Positions 29,472 through 39,670 of a stretch of 64,000 bases of DNA are shown in pieces. Within the stretch, counting starts at the first letter, position 1. Each line of letters opens with the position of its first letter. A program made the translations under genes and the position numbers. Source of the DNA: Candidatus Wolfebacteria bacterium GW2011_GWE2_44_13 (lineage in GTDB: Bacteria; Patescibacteriota; Minisyncoccia; UBA6257; UBA9933). Where the stretch lies: contig LCHW01000003.1 of the NCBI GenBank assembly GCA_001000675.1, forward strand, positions 3,873-67,872. Direction: 5' to 3'. The notes below the pieces were generated by a model. It was given only the letters and a program-made list of their open reading frames with translations. It did no database searches and was not told where the DNA came from.

Positions 29472-30413
29472 TCAATCAAGAGCAAGTCTCGCCTTAACGA
29501 TTTCGACAAGTTCTTGCCATGAAAGACCACTCCCCATTTCTCTCGACGATCCGCCGATAATTGTCGACCCGCTCCATCCATTTACTCGGGTAAGTCCTTC
29601 AGCGAGATTAAAATCATCGTAAAGCGTTTGAATTGGGAATGGTATATATTGCGATCTTCTTCCGATGGTATAAACATGTCGCCCATCCGTTCTTTGAGCA
29701 ACCACGCTTATGAATGCGTTCATGCCTTTCCCGTAAAGGTGGTAGCGCGCTTCATTCCCCCCGATTTCGTTCACAATTTTAAATATCGGCGAGTCGTACA
29801 GTATTTCGTGACGAGTGTCGAGTGTTTTTCCTCCGGCCTGGCCCATAAGAAGCATGTCTAATCTTTTCATGACCGCCTCTATATTATCCCGAAGCATGTT
29901 TTCATCTGCTTGCGATAGCTTTCCCGTTTTCCGCAAATCGGTATACGGTTCGAAAATCCAGCAATGTTGCCTGACAATCTCCTCGTCGAGATTTATCGGA
30001 TATGCACCGCCCGTTATATCCCACTTATTAGTAAGATCGAGCAAGCGGTTGATGTGCGGTAGGCTTTGCACTCCCTCAAAAAGCTTATAGTTATTAAGAA
30101 GCCAAACAGCCATAGCCGTGTCCTGATCCGTGTCGTTAATAAACACGTTTAAACAAGGCATCCCATTTTCACGGAAAGATTCCATGAGCCCGCCTTTGAT
30201 GGCCATGTAGGCCTGCATGCATGTACTCATGGTCGCATCCCTGTTGACACCATCGTGGTGATCAAAATTTGCATGCATTGTACGTTCGTCAAATCGAGGA
30301 CCTCCTGAAACCACTCCATCAAGCGCGACGGAATTACGAGGTGTCATCGCTACGAACTCTTCCCATGACATAGTTCTTCTTGGCAAAATACTCAGGGTCA
30401 TTCCTTTTTTCAT
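29472..30413 (-). CDS. Hypothetical protein, possible DHH-like phosphoesterase
   Basis: NFDHH and DTDQD acidic/His motifs; own TTGACA promoter, SD and terminator. Confidence 0.55.
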   Translation of the reverse strand: MKKGMTLSILPRRTMSWEEFVAMTPRNSVALDGVVSGGPRFDERTMHANFDHHDGVNRDATMSTCMQAYMAIKGGLMESFRENGMPCLNVFINDTDQDTAMAVWLLNNYKLFEGVQSLPHINRLLDLTNKWDITGGAYPINLDEEIVRQHCWIFEPYTDLRKTGKLSQADENMLRDNIEAVMKRLDMLLMGQAGGKTLDTRHEILYDSPIFKIVNEIGGNEARYHLYGKGMNAFISVVAQRTDGRHVYTIGRRSQYIPFPIQTLYDDFNLAEGLTRVNGWSGSTIIGGSSREMGSGLSWQELVEIVKARLALD

Positions 30414-30588
30414 TACACTCTCCTCTAGGTTGTTTATTTATTTTTTAAGTTCTTCTTTTTCCTTTATACAATTTATCTATTAATTCTGTCAAATTTAATG
30501 TGGCTACACTATAATTCATAGTCTTGACGCTTATCTTTTTTTATTCACAAAACGACGCCAATAGGGCGTCGTTTTGTGTTTCGCTATA

Positions 30589-30849
30589 TTAATTATCTTT
30601 GTGAGTGCGCTGCAATACAACAAAGTCTGACCCTCGCTTAAAAACTTCCCAGCCTTCCTCTTCTAATTCCTTTATTCTACTTTCCAAATTAACCATACTG
30701 CTCCTCAGCGTTTTCATATCATTCCCCTCTTGATTAATAACTGTCTCCTCGCCTGGCCTGTTTTGCACCGCATGCCATGGTTCAAAGGCATTCATCATTG
30801 GTCTATCTTTTGATTCGAATGATTCGTTCATATAGTTAGTGTATACCAT
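30589..30849 (-). CDS. Small hypothetical protein (start probably MNESF)
   Basis: ORF with ELEEEGWEV motif, followed by a hairpin terminator. Confidence 0.45.
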   Translation of the reverse strand: MVYTNYMNESFESKDRPMMNAFEPWHAVQNRPGEETVINQEGNDMKTLRSSMVNLESRIKELEEEGWEVFKRGSDFVVLQRTHKDN

Positions 30850-30916
30850 ATTTCCATTTTCTCGTCCACGGAGGCAAAGAAAAAAGAACGGCGTCCGCCG
30901 TTCTTTTTTCTTTACG

Positions 30917-30988
30917 TGCCCTCACGGAGAATCGAACTCCGGTTTATAGGATGAGAACCTATTGTCCTAACCACTAGACGATGAGGGC
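30917..30988 (-). tRNA. tRNA-Glu(CTC)
   Basis: gccctcatcgtctagtggttagga..atagg-ttctcat-cctat..gagttcgattctc. Confidence 0.92.
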
Positions 30989-31044
30989 AAATCGAGTACC
31001 GTATTATGGTACCCGAAAACGCAGGAAATGCAAGATTACTGATA

Positions 31045-31071
31045 CTGGATTCCCGCCTGCGCGGGAATGAC
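31045..31071. repeat. REP-like palindrome (ATTCCC-N8-GGGAAT core)
   Basis: ctggattcccgcctgcgcgggaatgac; same end motifs as the 7095-7281 units. Confidence 0.7.
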
Positions 31072-31089
31072 AGTGCAAGAGCCTGGATC

Positions 31090-32400
31090 TTATGCTAGGT
31101 TTTGAATCTCGTCGACCACTCGATCAAGCCCTATCGCTCGTGATGCTTTTACCAATACAATATCTCCCTTTTGGATTGTGTTTTGCACTTCTTGCAACAC
31201 TTCTTCAGCAACATCAAAAACATGTACATGCGCCTTTGTCATACCATTTTTAATTGCAGCTTCGGCAATTAATTTACCCCGTGGCCCTACGGTAAATAAC
31301 TCATCGACAACGCCTGCGGCCATTTTCCCAATGCTTTCATGCGCTTCCACACTCAACTTACCCAGTTCAAGCATATCGCCTAATACCGCTATTCTACGCA
31401 CCGCGGTGAGCCCTTCTAGGGTCGTAAGCGCTTCTCGAACAGAAAGTGGTGCTGCGTTATAGCTATCATCAATGATCCACGATTCTTTAATACCCTCCAC
31501 TACATTCATTCTTCGTTTTGCAGGAATATAATAGCGCTCTACGAGTTCTGCGATTTCAACCAAATTCAAGCCAAACGCAATACCGACTGCAAATGCACCC
31601 GCAATGCTATATGCTTGTGCTCGCCCAAATACATTCTTTACCGTTACTGGCACAAAGCTTCCCTCGTGCTCAATCTTAAACGTTATTCCTTCTGGCCTTC
31701 CGTCTATCGAATGATTTTCGAAGTTTGTTATACGCACATCGGCATCTTCACTGAATCCAAATGTCTTAACGCGTGCTCGCGTTCGTTCTCGCATTGCGAG
31801 CACTAGCGCATCATCATGATTTAATATCGCCCACCCACCCACAGGAAGCGATTCGACAAGCCTTCCTTTTTCTCGCGCTACTGCTTCGGTGTCTGGATAA
31901 TATTCTCCATGCGAAGGCATTTCTCCAATCGCTGTAACTACGCCAATCTTAGGGCGTGCCAATGTAAGAAGATACTTAATATCCCCTGGCCTATCTGCAC
32001 CGTATTCCAATACCAACACCTGCGGATATCTCTTTTTATGCGTAACTATACTACTTGCTGTTGCGCGTAATAAAACACGTGTCCAAAACATTGCCTTTTC
32101 TATACGCCTTGTACCCGCTGGCGTATCACGACTGATTAATGCTAAGTCGCCATCGCTCCACTCGCCGATAACGGTAAGGGGGGTTCCAATTTCATTGTTA
32201 AAATTCCCTTTTGACCTCCGTACGCGCCACCGTTCTTTCTCACTAAGACTCGACTCTCCTTTATTTGAAAGTACTGCGAAAATAGCGTCTTTTGTTGACG
32301 TCTTTCCCACACTCCCCGTAATCGCAACAACCTCTGGTCTATAATTCCAGATGATAATGCGGGCATATTTTCGTAACAGTTTTTTCAATATATGAGTCAT
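31090..32400 (-). CDS. murF: UDP-MurNAc-tripeptide D-Ala-D-Ala ligase
   Basis: ITGSVGKTSTK, NFNNEIG.P, DDSYNA, GDMLELG, VKASR. Confidence 0.9.
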   Translation of the reverse strand: MTHILKKLLRKYARIIIWNYRPEVVAITGSVGKTSTKDAIFAVLSNKGESSLSEKERWRVRRSKGNFNNEIGTPLTVIGEWSDGDLALISRDTPAGTRRIEKAMFWTRVLLRATASSIVTHKKRYPQVLVLEYGADRPGDIKYLLTLARPKIGVVTAIGEMPSHGEYYPDTEAVAREKGRLVESLPVGGWAILNHDDALVLAMRERTRARVKTFGFSEDADVRITNFENHSIDGRPEGITFKIEHEGSFVPVTVKNVFGRAQAYSIAGAFAVGIAFGLNLVEIAELVERYYIPAKRRMNVVEGIKESWIIDDSYNAAPLSVREALTTLEGLTAVRRIAVLGDMLELGKLSVEAHESIGKMAAGVVDELFTVGPRGKLIAEAAIKNGMTKAHVHVFDVAEEVLQEVQNTIQKGDIVLVKASRAIGLDRVVDEIQNLA

Positions 32401-32405
32401 TTTTT

Positions 32406-34061
32406 TTATCGTGCGTTTTCTGGCTTATCAGGAGCTATATTATAATAGTTCAAGATGAATTGCGAGAGCTCCTTAAATGCAGGAACAACTGTCTGCCCTG
32501 CGAGGGGCGAACCCTTTGGTCGTTCTATTTTAATAAGAATAACGAACTTCGGATCATATGCGGGGGCGAACCCTTCGTATGTGTTTACTACATCGTCACT
32601 ATATCCCCTTCCTCCGAAATTTGGCACATATGCCGTACCTGTTTTCCCTGCAACTTGATAGTTGGGTATTTCGGCTAACTTATTCACATACACAGCACTC
32701 ACCATCATATCCGTAACTGTTCTTGCTGTGTCATTACTTACCACTCTTCGCACCTCGGTTGGCTGTTCATCTGCCGTAATGATTGGCTTCATCAGTACTC
32801 CGTGATTTGCGATTGCCGAAATTGCACTCAACATTTTAATTGGCGTGATTGCGATACCCTGCCCAAATGCAGCAGTTGCATAGTTCACATCTTTTCCTTC
32901 TCGCAATGCAGTTAAATTGCCATCGCGCTCTCCTGGCAATGCAATGCCTGTTGGTTCTCCGAATGTGTACTTGTTAATGAAATAATCTTTAAAAATCTCA
33001 TTACCCATTGTCCGCTGCGCAAAAACCGTGCCCACGTTCAATGAATGCTCGATGACTTCTCGCATTGTTGTGTGTCCATACGCCTTCAAGTCCCAATTCT
33101 TGATTGTTCGTTTGTTTAACGTAATCGAACCTGTGTCGTTATACGATGTTTCCGTAGTTATCTTACCGGTATCGATACCTGCAGACATGGTAATCGGCTT
33201 CATAACCGACCCTGGCTCATACACTGATTGCACAGCCTGGTTAATAAACACCTTCATTTCGGCGTCCTGATAATTATTCGGGTCAAACGTTGGATAATTA
33301 CCCATCGCAAGAATCTTTCCCGTCTTTGGCTCTTGCACGATTACCGTAGCACTTTCTGCCCCCCATGTTTCTACCAATTTTTTAATAATCTCTTCACCTT
33401 GTGCTTGAATGTTTCTATCTATCGTCAATACGATTTCTTTTCCATCTTTTGGATATTCAACGCGATCACCTTTTACTTTTCCTACCGTCCCTGCTAACTC
33501 GCTGTTAAACTGCTTTTCGATTCCGTAGCGGCCTCGCTCGCCTGTTCCGCTTTCTTTTTCACTATCGCTTGTAGGGCTTACGTAGCCTAATACATGGCTT
33601 GCCAATGATCCAAGTGGGTAATATCGTCCGATTTCTTTTGTTATATAAATACCACGAATGCCAAGCTTTTTAATGGCGTTGGCTTCTTCTTGCGATGCTT
33701 TAAATTTAAGCAGTTCATACTGATCGTTACTCTTTGAAAGCATCCTTTTCACCTCTGGCTGCGATAAATCCAATATTTTACTAATATTTAACGCAACGAC
33801 ATCGGGATCGGCAACCTCTTTTGGCACTGCATAAATAAGATTAAATTCCTTGTTCAATACAGCTGCAATGCGATTACCATTCTTGTCGGTCATATATACA
33901 GCTCCGCGATTTGGCTGCAATACTCCGGATGCAATTTGCTGTGATTCAGCCTGTGCTTCGTAAAATGCATTCTTGTTGAACTGCAAATTATAGAGCTGAA
34001 AAACAAGCGCTAAATAGACTATTCCGAAAGATGCAATTAACGATCGTATGCGCCACTTCAT
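32406..34061 (-). CDS. ftsI: Division class B PBP (FtsI-like)
   Basis: EPGSVMK, SLN, KTGT motifs; dcw context. Confidence 0.85.
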   Translation of the reverse strand: MKWRIRSLIASFGIVYLALVFQLYNLQFNKNAFYEAQAESQQIASGVLQPNRGAVYMTDKNGNRIAAVLNKEFNLIYAVPKEVADPDVVALNISKILDLSQPEVKRMLSKSNDQYELLKFKASQEEANAIKKLGIRGIYITKEIGRYYPLGSLASHVLGYVSPTSDSEKESGTGERGRYGIEKQFNSELAGTVGKVKGDRVEYPKDGKEIVLTIDRNIQAQGEEIIKKLVETWGAESATVIVQEPKTGKILAMGNYPTFDPNNYQDAEMKVFINQAVQSVYEPGSVMKPITMSAGIDTGKITTETSYNDTGSITLNKRTIKNWDLKAYGHTTMREVIEHSLNVGTVFAQRTMGNEIFKDYFINKYTFGEPTGIALPGERDGNLTALREGKDVNYATAAFGQGIAITPIKMLSAISAIANHGVLMKPIITADEQPTEVRRVVSNDTARTVTDMMVSAVYVNKLAEIPNYQVAGKTGTAYVPNFGGRGYSDDVVNTYEGFAPAYDPKFVILIKIERPKGSPLAGQTVVPAFKELSQFILNYYNIAPDKPENAR

Positions 34062-34149
34062 TTCATTTCAAGATACTATAATTTTTTTACCCAACGATTT
34101 TTAATTGTAACCGATAATATGAAAAATCTGAAATTTTTTTACTGCTCTC

Positions 34150-34458
34150 TTATAAATTAATGCTTACTTCTTGCCGTCGTACGTAATTTGGATTTTTTTC
34201 TATTACTAATCCATTACTTGTTGCAAACGCTTGTATCTTCTGTGTGTCAGTTAATGCATATAATGCACTCTTTAATTCTGCGTTCTTTACTTCGATACTG
34301 CGCAAATCATCTCTGCGCTGCGTCATTTCGTGGCTATTGTTAACAACTTGATTGTAGAAAAATACTCCGCTTACGGCAGCGCATCCAGCGCCAATCGCTA
34401 GCCCAATAGCCCATCTTCGTAGCAATTCGCCATCCTTTTTTTGTCGAATGATTGTCAT
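34150..34458 (-). CDS. ftsL: FtsL-like bitopic coiled-coil protein
   Basis: TM plus leucine-zipper-like segment, located between rsmH and ftsI. Confidence 0.6.
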   Translation of the reverse strand: MTIIRQKKDGELLRRWAIGLAIGAGCAAVSGVFFYNQVVNNSHEMTQRRDDLRSIEVKNAELKSALYALTDTQKIQAFATSNGLVIEKNPNYVRRQEVSINL

Positions 34459-34484
34459 AGTAATAGAGAATTTAGATTATATGA

Positions 34485-35375
34485 TTACGAAACAGTTATT
34501 TCGAAGCAACGCATTTTTGCAGAGCGCGATCGTGGATTTTGTTTTATCTCTTCTTCGGTTGCCGTAATTGGTTTTTTAGTGATAATTTTCCCTATCTTTT
34601 CCTTTTCTTTTTCTCTGAACCGTGTTTTTACAATTCTGTCTTCTAATGAGTGGAACGAGATGATTACAATGCGTCCTCCTGGTTTTATTATTTCTTCACA
34701 CTCTGTGAGTATTTTTTCTAGATTATCTAATTCCTTATTTACATAGATGCGCAAAGCCTGGAATGCGCGAGTAGCGGGGTGAATTCTTCCTTTTTCGTAT
34801 CCCCTTCCTACTGCTGCCAATATCACATCGGCAAGCTCTTTTGTTGTTTCTATTTTCTTCTTCTTTCTCTGTTCGACGATATGTTTTGCCATTCGCCTCG
34901 ACATACGCTCCTCTCCGTATTGATAAATCACATCAGCAAGGTCTTTTTCAGAAAGACCGTTGACCACATCTGCTGCAGTTGGCATGCCGCCAGTTAAGTC
35001 ATACCGCATATCTAACGGTTCATCTTTTTGAAAACTCATCCCTCGTTCATCTTCTAACTGTACTGACGAAAATCCGAGGTCAAGCAACAAGCCATCTGCT
35101 TTCGGTAATGCGAGGCGCTGCATCACTTCTTTCACATCTGCGTAGTTTGCATGCTCCAACATTATCTTTCCATTCGTCTTTTTAAACTTTTCTCGTAGTC
35201 GCTCTACCATTCCCTTGTCCCAATCCAATCCAAGAAACATTCCGCTCTTCCCAATTTTTTCAATCACCGCAGCCGCATGCCCTCCCCCATCAGTCGTACC
35301 ATCGATGAAAAACTGTCCCGGCTTTGGGTCAAGTAATTCCAGTGTTTCATTGAATAGAACGGAGATGTGTGCCAT
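34485..35375 (-). CDS. rsmH: 16S rRNA m4C1402 methyltransferase
   Basis: HISVL, DGT..GGH, DLGFSS, PLDMR, ISFHSLEDR, NPRSRSAK. Confidence 0.95.
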   Translation of the reverse strand: MAHISVLFNETLELLDPKPGQFFIDGTTDGGGHAAAVIEKIGKSGMFLGLDWDKGMVERLREKFKKTNGKIMLEHANYADVKEVMQRLALPKADGLLLDLGFSSVQLEDERGMSFQKDEPLDMRYDLTGGMPTAADVVNGLSEKDLADVIYQYGEERMSRRMAKHIVEQRKKKKIETTKELADVILAAVGRGYEKGRIHPATRAFQALRIYVNKELDNLEKILTECEEIIKPGGRIVIISFHSLEDRIVKTRFREKEKEKIGKIITKKPITATEEEIKQNPRSRSAKMRCFEITVS

Positions 35376-35413
35376 CGATAGAGGTAGCGTTACGGGGTGT
35401 GTAAGTATTTTTG

Positions 35414-35845
35414 TTATATTCCGAGATCAGAGAGTTTTTCAGCTATTTCATCAGAAGATGCTTCTGTTTTTTCTTTATATTCTTTCCATTGTGCGCTATC
35501 CCAAATTTCAATTCGATTATACAACCCGGTTACTACGACCTCTTTAGAAAGGCCTGCGTACGTTCGAAGATAATCCGGAACTAATATTCTGCCCTGCTTA
35601 TCTATTTCAACATCCATTGCACCTGCAAGCATGAGTCGAGTAAATGCTCGAGAGTTTGCTTGTGTAAGCGGGAGTGAAACAATTTTCTCCGCAAGTTTTG
35701 CCCATTCATCAGCACTAAATACAAACAAACACTTATCAAGGCCACGCGTTATAATCGCTTCTCCAGAAAGTTTCGTACGAAATTTAGCGGGCAATGCCAT
35801 GCGTCCTTTTTCGTCTAGGTTGTGTGCAAATTCGCCGATAAACAT
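35414..35845 (-). CDS. mraZ: Division/cell wall cluster regulator MraZ
   Basis: Two AbrB-like repeats, DEKGR and DKQGR. Confidence 0.95.
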   Translation of the reverse strand: MFIGEFAHNLDEKGRMALPAKFRTKLSGEAIITRGLDKCLFVFSADEWAKLAEKIVSLPLTQANSRAFTRLMLAGAMDVEIDKQGRILVPDYLRTYAGLSKEVVVTGLYNRIEIWDSAQWKEYKEKTEASSDEIAEKLSDLGI

Positions 35846-35896
35846 ATGAGTGAGCTATGCAGATAAGAAGTGTGAGATAACTATTTTCTATATTCT

Positions 35897-35923
35897 CCCC
35901 ACTTTTCACCACTTTCCTCCATT
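35897..35923 (-). promoter_or_regulatory. Putative MraZ binding boxes
   Basis: Minus strand atgg-N6-gtgg-N6-gtggg, 10-bp periodicity upstream of mraZ. Confidence 0.65.
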
Positions 35924-36038
35924 CTACTCTATTTGCGATATCTATGCAACAAAAAAACCGTCAATCAATGGGTGGCAGCTTTAAAATAATACAATGTCTA
36001 TGCGGTTATTTTTATAATTACAAAAAGTTATCCACTTT

Positions 36039-36296
36039 TTATTTTTCCGTCAGTAGATCCAACTCAATGTCCAGATCGTCCATTCGTTCCTTCAATAACT
36101 TTTTTACATCGCCAACCGCTTTTTTATACACATCATCCCCTATTGTTTGTAAAAAGAAATCCAGTATTTCTCCTGCAGCGATGATGCCAATTTCTTCATC
36201 GCGCTCGTCTTGAAAAAAAGCGGTGATCGCCTTTAATGCGTCCATGCGCTTCTCTTCCGTTACAAAATCAAATTTTTGGCTTCTTTTTTTCGTCAT
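36039..36296 (-). CDS. DUF2164-family small protein
   Basis: FF..ERDEEIG..AA..ILDF....G..Y..AV.D pattern. Confidence 0.75.
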   Translation of the reverse strand: MTKKRSQKFDFVTEEKRMDALKAITAFFQDERDEEIGIIAAGEILDFFLQTIGDDVYKKAVGDVKKLLKERMDDLDIELDLLTEK

Positions 36297-36325
36297 ACTC
36301 TTCTAATGATGAAACACTCACCATT

Positions 36326-36462
36326 GAATGAGGTGCGAGACACTGGGGAATTGATGAGGAAGCTGTATTTAATAATACAGCGACCGAATCAATGGGGCCC
36401 CACCATGTAAAGTCCGCCCGAAGCGGACCACGTGGCAAGTAACGAAGCAGTTCGCAAAACCT
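36326..36462 (+). repeat. Dispersed structured element copy C, with a nested extra hairpin
   Basis: gaatgaggtgcgagacac..attgatgaggaagctgtatt..aatacagcgaccgaatcaatggggccc..[insert]..taacgaagcagttcgcaaaa. Confidence 0.75.
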
Positions 36463-36469
36463 ATGCGTT

Positions 36470-37699
36470 TTATCTTGTTTTGAATGCTTCTTTTGGAGAA
36501 AGTGTCGTCGACCTATGCGCTGGCCAGAACCCTGCAATTAATCCAATCATAGAGGACAAGATGAGTGTCGTAATAACGAACCATATTGGGGTAATAAACA
36601 ATCGTATAGGGGCGCCTCCAAGGCGTTGCGCGAGAATGCTTAAAATAAAGTTTACCGTCTCTCCCGCCGCAATACCCAACGCAACACCCCCTAGCCCGCC
36701 TGATAATCCCATCAATAATGATTCCATGAGGAATAGGTTTTTAACATCACGGTCTGTAGCACCTAATGACTTCATAATACCCACCTCGTAAATACGTTCC
36801 AAAAATCCTACGATCATTGTGTTGAACATACCGATTGCCGATACGATAAGTGCAGCAATACCAAAAACACCAAGAATAGTTGTAATGATGTTCATAACCT
36901 TCTTTGCTTGGTTCACAAGGTCCACGCGAGCTGAAATAATAAACCCTTGTTCAATCAGCTCATCGCGCAATGATTCAACTGCATCAATGTTTGTTGCCTT
37001 TAACAACACTTCCTTGTAGAACGGTGGCTTTTGATCAACCGCAGAAGCAGACACAAAAGCAAACGGGGCTTGCGTATCATCGTTAATAATTCCAACGAGC
37101 TTGATTGGTTCTCTTAAAATTACCTCCTGTCCAGCTCCTTCTTGATCATTCAACCCTTGGTAGGTCAGCTTTAGCCCAAGCTCTTTCCCTATTGAGCTTT
37201 GATCGGGCACAAGGTTGAGCAGCTTTGCGGCTTGACTCGAAAGCACAATCCCCTTTTCATCTTCCTTAAATGCTTTCCCCGTGTCCGGCATAAGTCCAGA
37301 CAATCGAAAATAACTTGGGCTGATTATCTTTGCCACAACCAACCCAGTAGCTCCTTCGATTTTAATTTCTGCAGGAAACTCTGCCATCGTACTAACCTCG
37401 CCTACGTTTGGCATTTTAGTAATCGATTCGATTGTTGCCGGGTTAATATTCAATTCGCTCTCCGCTGGATAGCTTACCCCGAGCGCCATAAGAGAATCCT
37501 CTGTTGTTACCAATTTACCAATCAAAATAAATTGCAAACCATATCCCATAGAAATCAAAAACATAACCGTTCCGATGCCCACAGACATACCCATGATCGT
37601 CAAAAAAGTTCGAACTGGTTTCGTTTTAAATACTCGGAATGATAGCCGAAAAAGATCTGTTACCGATAAATGATTTCTTGTTTCTTCCATATGCTCCAA
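36470..37699 (-). CDS. MacB/FtsX-type ABC transporter permease
   Basis: RTFLT..G..VG, ERIYEVGIMKSLGA, G.WPA motifs. Confidence 0.88.
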   Translation of the reverse strand: MEHMEETRNHLSVTDLFRLSFRVFKTKPVRTFLTIMGMSVGIGTVMFLISMGYGLQFILIGKLVTTEDSLMALGVSYPAESELNINPATIESITKMPNVGEVSTMAEFPAEIKIEGATGLVVAKIISPSYFRLSGLMPDTGKAFKEDEKGIVLSSQAAKLLNLVPDQSSIGKELGLKLTYQGLNDQEGAGQEVILREPIKLVGIINDDTQAPFAFVSASAVDQKPPFYKEVLLKATNIDAVESLRDELIEQGFIISARVDLVNQAKKVMNIITTILGVFGIAALIVSAIGMFNTMIVGFLERIYEVGIMKSLGATDRDVKNLFLMESLLMGLSGGLGGVALGIAAGETVNFILSILAQRLGGAPIRLFITPIWFVITTLILSSMIGLIAGFWPAHRSTTLSPKEAFKTR

Positions 37700-37705
37700 T
37701 AGTTA

Positions 37706-39013
37706 TTACAGCTTTATTGCTTTTGTCACTGCATCACTCCCTGCCAAGATTGACTCCAGCTTTTCTGACATCTGGCTTGAAGCACGCATCGAGAGTCCTA
37801 TCCCGAAATTTTTCTTTGATAAATTCAACACCTGCGCAACGTTATGTGCAGTAATGATATTACGTAATCGTTCAGTAATTATTTCATCCAATCGTAACTG
37901 TTGCTGCTCATCTATCTTTCCTCTATATTCCCCCAAAAGCCATCGTCGAATTTTTTGCGCTTCTTCAACGAGCGGTGACTCGGGATTTTTCTCAAGCATT
38001 GCATATACCTGCTCTACGGTATGTCGCTGTTCCATAATACCTTCAATGATAAAGCTTATCTTGGCAGCCTTCCCCTTCCATAAGCCCACCCCTCCTCTGC
38101 GATAGGATCGATCCAAAACTTCTTGAAATACATCACCGTCGATATGGTCAGTCAATCGCTGTAGCAAAAAGAACTCAAAGCGCTTTACTTCGTCACTTGA
38201 ATACCCGCGCAATAATAAATTGGATAACGACTTTGCCATAACCTGCCCTGGCTCCATATTAGGATTGAGCTGATTATACATCAATTTAGAAACCGCTTGC
38301 GCAATATCGCCCTGTTCTTTTGGCTCTTCAACGCGCAACAAAACACCGTCTTTCATGTAGAAGATTTTACGCGCATCTCGCAAGCTCCACGCTTCATGCG
38401 TTACCATAATAATAGTTCTTCCATCCTTGACGTTTAACTCTTTCATGAACTCGAGCACCTTGTTTGCATTCTCAGAATCAAGGTTTCCTAATGGCTCATC
38501 ACAAATAATAATCGGCGGGTTATTTGCCAATGCACGCGCAATACCTACACGCTGCTGCTGCCCCCCTGAAAGCTCTGCGGGTAATCGATTTGCGTATGGC
38601 GCAATATTTAAGCGCTCGAGCAATTTCATTCCTTCAGTTCTGCGTCGTTCAAGTGAAATACCTAAAAATGCCATTGGCAAAGAAACGTTATCGAGCACAG
38701 AAATTGATGGGATAAGGTTGAACTGTTGGAACACAATTCCAACTCCGATTTGGCGGAATACTGCGAGCTCTCGCTTAGAAAACTGAGCAATGTCTCTTCC
38801 GTTTACCAAAACTTTTCCGCTTGTTACTCGTTCTGATTCCATACCGCTCAATACGTACAAAACAGTTGTTTTGCCACACCCAGACGGACCAAAAAATGCG
38901 CAGTATTCGCCTTTATTTATCTCAAGACTGACGTTCCGTAAAGCCCAGACCTCTGTAGGCTTTCCTTGGTCGTAGTAAAGATTTATCCCCTCCAATTTTA
39001 TGATTGGCTCCAT
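37706..39013 (-). CDS. ABC transporter ATPase (LolD/MacB-like) with ~200-aa C-terminal extension
   Basis: GPSGCGKT, LSGGQQQR, DEPLGNLD, VTH. Confidence 0.88.
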   Translation of the reverse strand: MEPIIKLEGINLYYDQGKPTEVWALRNVSLEINKGEYCAFFGPSGCGKTTVLYVLSGMESERVTSGKVLVNGRDIAQFSKRELAVFRQIGVGIVFQQFNLIPSISVLDNVSLPMAFLGISLERRRTEGMKLLERLNIAPYANRLPAELSGGQQQRVGIARALANNPPIIICDEPLGNLDSENANKVLEFMKELNVKDGRTIIMVTHEAWSLRDARKIFYMKDGVLLRVEEPKEQGDIAQAVSKLMYNQLNPNMEPGQVMAKSLSNLLLRGYSSDEVKRFEFFLLQRLTDHIDGDVFQEVLDRSYRRGGVGLWKGKAAKISFIIEGIMEQRHTVEQVYAMLEKNPESPLVEEAQKIRRWLLGEYRGKIDEQQQLRLDEIITERLRNIITAHNVAQVLNLSKKNFGIGLSMRASSQMSEKLESILAGSDAVTKAIKL

Positions 39014-39019
39014 AAATAC

Positions 39020-39469
39020 TTATTTAGAATACTGATATACCGAGCTATCTTGCTTTGCTAAGCTATCGAATATTTTAATTAAATCTTGTGGCAAGTGCTC
39101 TTCTTTTGCCAAATACATATCAGCGCCATTTTTCTTTGCCTCTTCAATGTCTTTTTTATCAGTGTACCCCGAAAAAACAATCACTTTAATGTGCTTTAGA
39201 TTCGGGTCTGCTTTTATTGTTCGCAAAATACTCATCCCCGCTTCGGAGGTTGTCATTTCTTTACCATCCTTCTTAAACGGCATTACAAGATCTAAAAATA
39301 CGACGTTGATATTCTTTGTTGAGTCGCGTAGAATAGCCCATGCTTCATCAACACCCGGCGCAACTTCCAAATGAAATTGTCCTTCAAGGCCATGTAGCCA
39401 AAATATATCCTTGAAAAAAATTCTAATGACCTCGTTATCGTCAACGAGGAGAATGTTTATTTTATCCAT
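39020..39469 (-). CDS. Stand-alone response regulator receiver
   Basis: LVDD, FLDLVMP, FSG and K motifs; no output domain. Confidence 0.85.
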   Translation of the reverse strand: MDKINILLVDDNEVIRIFFKDIFWLHGLEGQFHLEVAPGVDEAWAILRDSTKNINVVFLDLVMPFKKDGKEMTTSEAGMSILRTIKADPNLKHIKVIVFSGYTDKKDIEEAKKNGADMYLAKEEHLPQDLIKIFDSLAKQDSSVYQYSK

Positions 39470-39596
39470 AAATAATATACGTATGTCACTATTCCTTTTA
39501 AGTATACACTAAAATGGCGTTATTGAACAATGCATAACTCTTCTTACTCCCATTGAAAACAAATGCGAATGGTCTATACTAAAATATCGTTTACAT

Positions 39597-39670
39597 GGAC
39601 TCATAGCTCAGCTGGTTAGAGCGTTCGATTCACATTCGAGAGGTCACAGGTTCGAATCCTGTTGGGTCCA
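39597..39670 (+). tRNA. tRNA-Val(CAC)
   Basis: ggactcatagctcagctggttagagcg-ttcga-ttcacat-tcgag..ggttcgaatcc..tgggtcca; upstream ttgaaa-16-tatact. Confidence 0.92.

Noticed and set aside
36350-36392. Hammerhead-like TGATGAGG...CCGAA core within the dispersed element
   Set aside because: CUGAUGA and GAAA are not conserved across copies (caatga, cgatga, ggcga); the flanks pair with each other as a simple stem with tandem GA pairs
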